A stretch of 63,876 nucleotides of DNA, the filler included, from Candidatus Tectimicrobiota bacterium (GTDB lineage: Bacteria; JACPSX01): NCBI GenBank assembly GCA_016193065.1. It is 6 parts of 6 records of this genome, joined end to end, with 100 filler letters (N's around TTAATTAATTAA, not from the genome) between each part and the next. Parts side by side here need not be neighbours in the genome. Positions count along the whole stretch, not along the records: positions 30,170 to 59,165 come from JACPSX010000045.1; positions 59,266 to 63,876 come from JACPSX010000041.1; 4 more parts are not named here. One strand, given 5' to 3'. Under the pieces are notes generated by a model, which saw only the letters and a list, made by a program, of their open reading frames with translations, did no database searches and was not told where the DNA came from. The position numbers were made by a program, and so were the translations under genes. This document shows positions 52,174-60,299 of this stretch, piece by piece (within the stretch, counting starts at the first letter, position 1; each line of letters opens with the position of its first letter).

Positions 52174-52311
52174 GTCATTCCGGCGACAGCCGGAATCCAA
52201 GAAGTTGGGAAGCTGGACCCCGGCTCCCCGATGTGGAGGGGGGCGCAATGAATTGCGCCCCTACAGTAGGGGCGTCATTCATGACGCCCACGGGGCTTCC
52301 GCCGGGGTGAC
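52174..52311. repeat. Composite repeat: GTCATTCCGGC..GCCGGAATCCA element with a GTAG-REP pair nested inside
   Basis: First arm 52174-52199; the second arm CTGGACCCCGGC..GCCGGGGTGAC is split by head-to-head REPs at 52241-52289. Confidence 0.8.
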
Positions 52312-52335
52312 GCAAGACACAAAGGGAGGAAAACA

Positions 52336-52830
52336 ATGAATCCGGGAACAGGAAATCCAACAGGGAATGTTGACTGGTACGAGGAGGTTTTTCGTTTTCG
52401 GGAAAACTGGCGCCGGAGGGCGGCTGAGGGGAATCGATTCCTGAGAGGGGAAGAGGTCCCGTTTCAGCAGAGCCGGCAATCCCTGAGCCAGTGGTACCTC
52501 CTCCCTTTCAAAGAGGATACGGCCGCCCAGCAGTGGGCCGTGTTCACCCAGGAGATCCGGACCCGATCGGGAAAACACAAGCACCAGGGCGGTGTGGCGA
52601 TTTTCATCCTGGAAGGGAAAGGGTACAGCGTCGTGGACGGAAAGCGCTACGACTGGGAAAAGGGGGACATGCTCCTTTTGCCCGTCAAGCCGGGAGGCTG
52701 CGAGCACCAGCACTTCAACCTGGATCCGGAGAAGCCGTCGAAATGGCTGGCTCTGCGGTACATGCCCACAACGGACGTTTTGGGCAATCAGCATGAGCAA
52801 GTGGAAAATCACCCGGATTTCCGCAAGTAG
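52336..52830 (+). CDS. Cupin domain protein 1
   Basis: SGKHKHQGG, ILEGKGYS, WEKGD, EHQHFN. Confidence 0.9.
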   Translation: MNPGTGNPTGNVDWYEEVFRFRENWRRRAAEGNRFLRGEEVPFQQSRQSLSQWYLLPFKEDTAAQQWAVFTQEIRTRSGKHKHQGGVAIFILEGKGYSVVDGKRYDWEKGDMLLLPVKPGGCEHQHFNLDPEKPSKWLALRYMPTTDVLGNQHEQVENHPDFRK

Positions 52831-52868
52831 CCGGCGACAGCAGGCAACAAGAGAAAGGTGATGCCGAA

Positions 52869-53336
52869 ATGGACCTTTTTGAAGCACTCATAAGAAGAAG
52901 GAATGAAGAGAGGGAAAGGATGGGGAATCCCACCGTGGTGGTGAAGGGGAAAGAGCTGCCGTGGTCGCAGAGCAAGTACGGAAAGATGCGCTGGTACATG
53001 CACCCCGAGTTGAAGGATCGCGCCTTGCAGACCCTGGCGGTGTACATGCAGGAACTCCCCCCCGGGGGCAGAAGCGCGAAGATCCAGCAGCAGGGGGAGG
53101 TGGTCATTTACCTGCTGGAGGGGGAAGGGTACTCCATCGTGGATGGGGCCCGGTTCGATTGGAAACCGGGGGATTGCATCAACCTACCTTCCAAGCTGGA
53201 GGGGGTCGTCCACCAGCACTTCAACAAGAGTCCGTCCGGGCCCGCGCGCTTCATCGTTGCAATCCCCAACCTGTTTGATTCCCTGGGGGTTGATATGGGG
53301 TGCGGGCTTGAAGTCCTGGAGGAGGCATCTTCCTAA
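52869..53336 (+). CDS. Cupin domain protein 2
   Basis: LPPGGRS, LEGEGYS, WKPGD, VHQHFN; HxH replaced by IQQQ. Confidence 0.9.
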   Translation: MDLFEALIRRRNEERERMGNPTVVVKGKELPWSQSKYGKMRWYMHPELKDRALQTLAVYMQELPPGGRSAKIQQQGEVVIYLLEGEGYSIVDGARFDWKPGDCINLPSKLEGVVHQHFNKSPSGPARFIVAIPNLFDSLGVDMGCGLEVLEEASS

Positions 53337-53385
53337 CCGATCGCGTCCGCCCTATTGAATGTGTCGGGCAAGGAGGAAGGAGATT

Positions 53386-54432
53386 ATGAAAAGAAAAAGT
53401 TTCACTGCAGGTCTCGCGGCCGTCCTGTCAATTTTCATGTTCTTGGTGGCACCGGCGGGATCCCTCAATGCGCAGGAGAAGCCCTTCTACCAAGGAAAGA
53501 CCCTGACCATCGTGGTCGGTTACGCGGCGGGCGGGGGGTACGATCTGTACGCCCGCATCCTGGCGCGGCACATCGGAAGGCATATTCCCGGGGAGCCCAC
53601 GGTGATCGTCCGGAACGTGCCGGGAGCCGGCAGTCGCGTGGCCATCAACCAACTGTACGCCGAGACGAAACCGGACGGGTTGACCATCGCCACGTTTGAC
53701 CGCGACGCGTACACCTCCCAGCTTCTCAAGCACGCCGGCATCCTGTACGATCTGCGGAAGTTGAGCTGGATCGGGAGCGCGTCGAGCGAGCTGAGCGTAC
53801 TCCAGGTGCGCACCGACGCCGGGATTCGCTCCCCCCAGGATCTCTTTACCCTGAAATCCCCCCTGATCGTGGGCGACACGGGCGTGGGCTCTTCACCCTA
53901 CGTGCAGTCCCGAGGCGTGGAGACGGCACTGGGGCTCCAGTTCAAGCACGTCACCGGTTATAAGGGATCTTCCGAAGTGGCCATCGCCATCGAACGAGGA
54001 GAGGTGCAGGCCGTCGTCGGCTCGATCAACAGCTTGCAAACCCGCAGACCCCACTGGCTCAAGCAGGGGCTGATCCGGATCGTTCTGCAAATGACGGAGG
54101 AGAGGAGGCCCAATTTGCCCGATGTACCGGCTGCCGGGGAGCTCGCCAAGGATGAAAAGGGCCGGCAACTGATCGCTGCGTCCGTGGCCGGCAACGAGTG
54201 GGCCCGCCCCTATGCCGGACCCCCGGGGATGCCCGCAGACCGCCTCCAGATCCTTCGGAAAGCCCTTGCGGAGACTCTCAAGGACCCCAAGTTCCTCGCG
54301 GAAGCAAAACAGCAAAAGCTGGAGCTTGAGGATCCCATGACCGGCGAGCAAGTGGAGAAAAAGATGAAGCAGGTATTGGAAATGCCTCCGGATGTTCTGG
54401 AAAATTTCAAGCGCCTGTTCGAGGAGAAATAA
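53386..54432 (+). CDS. TctC/Bug family tripartite tricarboxylate transporter binding protein
   Basis: VGYAAGGGYD..AR, NVPGAG, PDGLT, GYKG, PPGMP. Confidence 0.92.
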   Translation: MKRKSFTAGLAAVLSIFMFLVAPAGSLNAQEKPFYQGKTLTIVVGYAAGGGYDLYARILARHIGRHIPGEPTVIVRNVPGAGSRVAINQLYAETKPDGLTIATFDRDAYTSQLLKHAGILYDLRKLSWIGSASSELSVLQVRTDAGIRSPQDLFTLKSPLIVGDTGVGSSPYVQSRGVETALGLQFKHVTGYKGSSEVAIAIERGEVQAVVGSINSLQTRRPHWLKQGLIRIVLQMTEERRPNLPDVPAAGELAKDEKGRQLIAASVAGNEWARPYAGPPGMPADRLQILRKALAETLKDPKFLAEAKQQKLELEDPMTGEQVEKKMKQVLEMPPDVLENFKRLFEEK

Positions 54433-54472
54433 CCGTTTGCACGGGCGACCGAGACACCCGGCGGGAGCCGCA

Positions 54473-55921
54473 ATGAAATACAGAGATCTACGAGAATGGA
54501 TCGACCAGGTGAAGGCCATGGACCAGCTGCAGCTTATCCACGGAGCCCAGTGGGACCTGGAAATCGGCGGGCTTACGGAAATCATCTGCAAGAAGTTCAA
54601 GCCGCCCCCGGCCCTGCTTTTCGACAATATCCCGGGTTATCCTGAGGGCCACCGGGTTCTCGTCAACATGCTCGACAGCGTTGAGAGGCTGGCCCTGACC
54701 ACGGGTCTCGACCCGCAAATCACCCCGGTTCAATTCATCCACAAGTGGCGCGAAAAAATCAAGCGCCTGAGCCCTGTCCCTCCCACAGTGGTAAAGGACG
54801 GGCCTGTACTTGAAAATGTTCGCACGGGCTCCCAGGTCAATGTTCTGGAGTTTCCCGCCCCCAGGTGGCACGAGATGGACGGCGGGCGCTACCTGGGAAC
54901 GGCGAACTTGGTCATTACCCGAGACCCCGATGAAGGCTGGGTGAACGCCGGAACTTACCGGGTCATGGTCCAGAACGAAAATACCGTTTCGGTTTACATT
55001 TCTCCGGGGAAACAGGGCCGCATTCAGCGTCAAAAGTATTTTGATCTCAACAGACCCTGTCCGGTGGCCATCGTCTTTGGCCAGGATCCTCTCCTTTTTG
55101 TCGCGGCCAGTACGGATGTCCCCTACGGAATGAGTGAATACGAATACGCCGGGGGGATCCGAGAGGAACCGATCTCCGTGATCCCCGGACCCGTGACCGG
55201 GCTGCCGATCCCCGCCCACGCGGAGATTGCCGTGGAAGGAGAAATGCATCCCGGAGATCTCATGCCCGAGGGCCCCTTCGGGGAGTGGACCGGGTACTAT
55301 GCGAGCGCCCGCAGATCCGAACCGGTGGTCCGGGTGCAATCCATCATGTTCCGCAACGATCCGATACTGTGCGGCGCCCCCCCCATGCGTCCCTCGGTGG
55401 GCCAGGGCTTTTACCGCTCCCTGGAGCGCTCCGCCCTCATCTGGAACGCATTGGAAGAGGCCGGGGTCCCCGATGTGACGGCGGTCTATTCTCACCCTGC
55501 CGCCGGCCGCTTCCTCACCATCGTCGCCATTCGCCAGCGCTATCCCGGGCACGCGAAGCAGGCCGCTGTCGTCGCCGGCCAGTGCAGGGCCGGAGGCTAC
55601 CTGGGACGCTACGTCATCGTGGTGGATGAGGATGTGGATATCTACGACACCGAAGAGGTTCTCTGGGCCCTGTGCACACGGAGCGATCCGGAACGGTCCA
55701 TCGATATCCTGCGGCGCTGCTGGAGCGGTCCCTTGGATCCGATCATCCCCAAGGGGCGCAAGGGGTTTAATTCCCGAGCGATCATCGACGCCACCCGCCC
55801 CTTCGAGTGGAAAGACGAGTTCCCTCCGGTGAGCGAGATCAGCAACGCCCTGAAAGATCAGCTGGAAGGAAAGTGGCGCGCTCTACTCTCCGGTCTGGCC
55901 CGCGAGGAGCAAAATCCGTGA
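54473..55921 (+). CDS. UbiD family (de)carboxylase 3
   Basis: DLREWI, LFDNIPGYP, DGGRYLGT, NAGTYR, EGPFGEWTGYY, VDEDVD, WALCTR. Confidence 0.94.
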   Translation: MKYRDLREWIDQVKAMDQLQLIHGAQWDLEIGGLTEIICKKFKPPPALLFDNIPGYPEGHRVLVNMLDSVERLALTTGLDPQITPVQFIHKWREKIKRLSPVPPTVVKDGPVLENVRTGSQVNVLEFPAPRWHEMDGGRYLGTANLVITRDPDEGWVNAGTYRVMVQNENTVSVYISPGKQGRIQRQKYFDLNRPCPVAIVFGQDPLLFVAASTDVPYGMSEYEYAGGIREEPISVIPGPVTGLPIPAHAEIAVEGEMHPGDLMPEGPFGEWTGYYASARRSEPVVRVQSIMFRNDPILCGAPPMRPSVGQGFYRSLERSALIWNALEEAGVPDVTAVYSHPAAGRFLTIVAIRQRYPGHAKQAAVVAGQCRAGGYLGRYVIVVDEDVDIYDTEEVLWALCTRSDPERSIDILRRCWSGPLDPIIPKGRKGFNSRAIIDATRPFEWKDEFPPVSEISNALKDQLEGKWRALLSGLAREEQNP

Positions 55922-55960
55922 GCTTCCTCTTGTCCCACGGATCCTTACCATTGGAAAGGG

Positions 55961-57334
55961 ATGCAGATGTGCGAGCAGCCGTCGACGAACAGTTGGAACT
56001 ATGAAGACCTGCTGCAGGAGAGCAGACCCAAGATCCGCGACATCTCGGATCTGCTCCCCTATGCCGAGTACCTGGCCGCTCAGCCCGAGCGCCGCACGAC
56101 CCACATCGGCTTCAACGGCTACGGGAGCACCAAGGCGGGCGATCGGGTCTTAATCGCGGTCGATAGCGAGTACGACGACCGCGTGGTCGCCGCCGTGGCC
56201 GCGGCCCTGAGAGCGCGCGGGGCCAAAGTGGACGTCCTGCGGATCGACAAGGGGCCGGTTCGGGAGTTCGACGAGCTGGATGAGATCCGCGTCATCATCC
56301 GGCGCGGACCGTGGCAGGACAACCCGCGACGCTGGGAGGGGATCCCCTGGGTCGAAGAACTCGCCCATGCGAATAAATACGACCTGCTCATTCACGGGAA
56401 GGGGGGGCCCATTCCCAAGACCGATTACCGCTATGAAGCGATCCCCTGGCTCGGCGCGGAGCAATTTGCCTGCCCGGCCACCATATATCCCAGAGACGTT
56501 CACCTACTGATCAACCAGAAAACCTGGGACATGCTGTGGAGGCGCGGCAAGGGCGGACGCGTCCGGATTATGGATCCCGAGGGGACGGACCTCACCTACA
56601 CGCTCCACGAGGGGTACTACGACGGGCGCTACGGCTTCAATGAGAACCCGGTCTGCGGGCACCTCTTCGGCCATCCGCCCACCCCGATGATCGATCCCGA
56701 GGACGCGGCGGGCATCATCAAGGGAACCACGAACCACTTTTCCCGGCCCTTTTCTCCCATCACGGTGCAAATGGAGGCCGGGCAAGTGACCCGGGTGGAA
56801 GGAGGTGGCGCCTACGGGGCGGCCTGGAAGGACCTCCTGGAGGAGACCCGCAAGATCAAGTACCCGTGCTTTCCCCGCAGCGGTCTCTTCTGGCTCTGGG
56901 AAGTGGCCATCGGTACAAATCCCAAGGTCCGCCGGCCCCGCAACATCCATCTGCATTCCTCGGGCGGACACGAGTGGGAGCGGCGCCGCTCCGGGATCAT
57001 TCACCTGGGGCTCGGGACCTTGTGGCGGGGTCCGGAAGAATACTGGGCCGCGGAGAACAAGCTCCCCTACGGCCACCTCCACGTTCACCTGATGTTTCCC
57101 ACCCTGGAGGTGACCACCAAGGAAGGGGGGACTCTCGTGGTCATAAATCGAGGGCGGCTCACGGCGATGGATGATCCGGAAGTCAGGAACCTGGCCGCGA
57201 AATACGGGGATCCCGACCGGCTCTTGAGCGAAGACTGGATCCCGGACATTCCGGGGATCTCCACCGAGGGGGAATACGAGTCCTATGCCAGAGATCCGGC
57301 GGGCTGGCAGTACAGAGGGATTCGCGGTCAATAA
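55961..57334 (+). CDS. Thermophilic metalloprotease (M29)/NicX-like fold protein, function unknown
   Basis: PEGTDL, G.VTRVEGG, EVAIGTNP, SGIIHLGLG, HLHVH. Confidence 0.6.
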   Translation: MQMCEQPSTNSWNYEDLLQESRPKIRDISDLLPYAEYLAAQPERRTTHIGFNGYGSTKAGDRVLIAVDSEYDDRVVAAVAAALRARGAKVDVLRIDKGPVREFDELDEIRVIIRRGPWQDNPRRWEGIPWVEELAHANKYDLLIHGKGGPIPKTDYRYEAIPWLGAEQFACPATIYPRDVHLLINQKTWDMLWRRGKGGRVRIMDPEGTDLTYTLHEGYYDGRYGFNENPVCGHLFGHPPTPMIDPEDAAGIIKGTTNHFSRPFSPITVQMEAGQVTRVEGGGAYGAAWKDLLEETRKIKYPCFPRSGLFWLWEVAIGTNPKVRRPRNIHLHSSGGHEWERRRSGIIHLGLGTLWRGPEEYWAAENKLPYGHLHVHLMFPTLEVTTKEGGTLVVINRGRLTAMDDPEVRNLAAKYGDPDRLLSEDWIPDIPGISTEGEYESYARDPAGWQYRGIRGQ

Positions 57335-57455
57335 CACGGAAGCGCCGGGAGATTGAAAAGTCTGGGATTGGCGCGTTGTGCAGATGACGCACGGCACTTG
57401 AAAAATCTCTGCTCTGTCCGACCGGGCGGATCAGGAATGAACGGGGGCGTGGAGC

Positions 57456-59165
57456 ATGGATGAGGAAGGGCGGGTAATCCAGAAGCGCAGAGACTTGCCG
57501 GGAACATGGAGAACCGTGGAGAGGGCATTTCTTTGCCTCATAAGCATCCTCGGAGCCGTCTACGCGCTGGGAATCCCGGGGTATTTTCGGCTGGCCTTTT
57601 TCGTCGAACAGTACGCCGGCCTGCTCTTTGGAATGATGGTCTTCGCCTTGTTCCTCTCCACAAAAGCGTTCCGTCGCTCCCGGGACCGCACTCCTCCCGT
57701 CCTGGATGTGCTGTTCGCGATTGCCGGGCTCGCTTCGGGTCTCTACATCGCCGTGTTCTACCCGACCATCGTTTTCCGCAGCGGTTTCATCACCATGCCG
57801 AACCTGGTCTTCGGCCTCGCCGCGTTAGTCCTCGTCCTGGAAGGCACCCGGCGCACCTCGGGGTGGGTCCTGGTCATCGTTACTCTGGTCATGGCCGCCA
57901 TCGCCTTATTCTCCGGATCCCTCCCCGGAATCTTCAAGATATCATCGGTGGCCTGGGACCGCCTGGTCAACTATCTCTACCTGGACACCAATGCTCTCTT
58001 CGGGCTCCCCTTGACAGTGACTCTGGATATGGTCCTCCCCTTCATCCTCTTCGGCTCTTTCCTGTTCGCCATGGGAGGCGGGGAGTTTTTCGTGGACATG
58101 GCTCTCGCGCTGTTCGGGCGCTACCGGGGAGGTCCCGCCAAAGTATCCGTCGTCGCCTCGGGCTGCTTCGGAACCATCTCCGGAAGCGCCGTGGCCAACG
58201 TGATGGTGGACGGCTGGATAACCATCCCCATGATGGTGCGGGTGGGCTACCGCCCCCATGTGGCCGCAGCCATTGAGGCCATTGCCTCCACCGGCGGACA
58301 ATTGATGCCGCCGGTCATGGGTCTTACGGCATTCCTGATCGCCGAGTTTCTCAACGCACCGTACGCACAAGTCGCCCTGGCGGCCGCCATCCCCGCCGTC
58401 CTTTATTACCTGTGCATCTTCGTCCAGATCGACCGGGAGGCCGCCCAGCATGGGATCAAGGGATTACCGCCCTCGGAGATCCCCCACATCGGGTCGGTCG
58501 TCAGAAGGGGGTGGATCTTCGTGGTCCCTCTGGCCCTGCTCATCTACGCCCTGTTCTTTCTCAACCTCCAGCCCGGAAAGGCGGGGATGTATGCGGTGCT
58601 GGCCACACTGGCCATCGCTCTACTGGGGAAGGACACGAGGAGCCGGCTCGCCAAGAGCGGGATTTCCATCCTGGAAAACGCCGGCCGCACGATCGTGGAG
58701 CTGGGGATGATTACGGCAGTGGCCGGATTGATCATCGGCCTGGCTTCGGTCAGCGGCCTGGGATCCCTGCTCTCCATCGAAATCGTCCGGTACGGGGGAC
58801 ACAACACCCTGGTGTTGCTGCTCCTGACGGCGGGGGTCTCCCTCATTCTCGGCATGGGCATGCCCACCGCCGCGGCCTACATCTTGCTGGCGATCACCGT
58901 GATCCCGTCCGTCGTCCAGGGCGGCATCACTCCCATGGCCGCTCACCTGTTCATCTTCTACTTCGGCGCCATCTCCATGATCACGCCGCCGGTGGCCATC
59001 GCGGCTTTCGCCGCGGCCTCCATCATCGGGACCTCGCCCATGCGGACCGGGTATGCCGCCTTCCGGCTGGGAATTTTGGCCTATCTGGTCCCGTTCATTT
59101 TCGTCTATTCGCACGAACTGATCATGATCGGTCCCCCCTGGCGGATCGCGCTGGCGTTCGTCACG
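57456..59165 (+). CDS. TRAP fused 4TM/12TM permease (3' truncated)
   Basis: GGPAK, GTISGSAVANV, ASTGGQLMPPVMG, LGMGMPT, ITPPVA. Confidence 0.95.
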
Positions 59166-59265
59166 NNNNNNNNNNNNNNNNNNNNNNNNNNNNNNNNNNN
59201 NNNNNNNNNTTAATTAATTAANNNNNNNNNNNNNNNNNNNNNNNNNNNNNNNNNNNNNNNNNNNN
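59166..59265. other. Artificial contig linker
   Basis: N44-TTAATTAATTAA-N44. Confidence 0.98.
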
Positions 59266-59381
59266 AACTCGTCCGCCGTTTGATCCTGGCGGGTCACGGC
59301 TCTCCAGTCGATGAGCAGGTTCTCGCCTTCGTAGAGGCCGAGCGCGATGTTCGTGTTCCCGACGTCCATGACCAGCAGCAT
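59266..59381 (-). CDS. coaX: Type III pantothenate kinase, 5' part only
   Basis: Manual translation [24 protein letters not shown]; not in the ORF track; follows birA. Confidence 0.9.
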
Positions 59382-59392
59382 AAGGATTTCCC

Positions 59393-59480
59393 CCGTTCAC
59401 CCTTCGACGGGCTCAGGGCGAACGGTTCGGGAGTCGGAATCGCCGGAGATTTTCCGTTCGTGCTGAGCTTGTCGAAGCAT
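59393..59480. repeat. Bipartite palindromic repeat (CTTCGAC..GCTCAG / CTGAGC..GTCGAAG)
   Basis: ccgttcacccttcgacgggctcagggcgaacgg ... ccgttcgtgctgagcttgtcgaag; the arms are mutually complementary. Confidence 0.7.
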
Positions 59481-59501
59481 AAGGATCACTGTTTCCGTCC
59501 G

Positions 59502-60299
59502 TCAGTCCAAAACCGTGACGTCTCCCGCCAGCACTTTTTCCGTAAGCCCGCTGGCCAGACGCAAGAGAAGGCCGCCGTCCGCGTCGATCCCCGTGGCGGT
59601 CCCCTCCAACACCTGTCCTCCATAGGATACCCGCAGCATCCGTCCCAGCGTGGTGGTAAGCTGGGTCCACTCGGTGAGGATCGCGGACGGCCCCTGCGTG
59701 AGTGACAAGAAGTAGCGGTTTTCAAAGTGAAGCAAGAGCCGGCAGAGGATCTCGCTGCGGCTCACGCGTATTCCTGCTTCGGTAAAAATCGACCCCACGC
59801 TTTGCCTAAGGTCCTCGGGGAAGTCTTCTCGGCGGGTGGTGACGTTGATCCCGATGCCAGCGATCAGGTGGCGCAGACCCTTGTGATCCGCGCTGAGTTC
59901 GAGAAGAATCCCGCCGATCTTCTTGCCCCGAATCTGCAGGTCGTTGGGCCACTTGAGTTCGACGGAGGTATGGCAAAGATCTTGAATGGCCCGGGCGCAG
60001 GCCACGCCGCTGAGCAGCACCAGGTAGTGAGAGGCGGCAGGCTCCACGGGGGGTCTGAGAATCATGGAGAGGTACAGGCCCGTCCCTGGGGGTGAAAACC
60101 ACGAGCGCCCGAAGCGGCCCCGTCCCCTGGTTTGGCGGTCGGCAACCACGATGGTGCCTTCGGGTGATCCGCTGGAAGCGAGCCGGTCAGCCTCCGAGTT
60201 GGTGGATTCTGTTTCTTCAAGGTAATGAATCTCCCGGGCAAAGACGCGGGTCTTGAGACACGCCTGGATCTGCTCCGCGCTGAGATCGGCGGCGTCCAT
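59502..60299 (-). CDS. birA: Biotin-protein ligase without N-terminal HTH
   Basis: STN, QTRGRGRFGRSW, KWPND, KIGGIL, GIGIN. Confidence 0.96.
   Translation of the reverse strand: MDAADLSAEQIQACLKTRVFAREIHYLEETESTNSEADRLASSGSPEGTIVVADRQTRGRGRFGRSWFSPPGTGLYLSMILRPPVEPAASHYLVLLSGVACARAIQDLCHTSVELKWPNDLQIRGKKIGGILLELSADHKGLRHLIAGIGINVTTRREDFPEDLRQSVGSIFTEAGIRVSRSEILCRLLLHFENRYFLSLTQGPSAILTEWTQLTTTLGRMLRVSYGGQVLEGTATGIDADGGLLLRLASGLTEKVLAGDVTVLD

Noticed and set aside
57394-57408. TGGCGC..TGCA as a sigma54 promoter before the TRAP permease
   Set aside because: GG to GC spacing is 9, not the required 10
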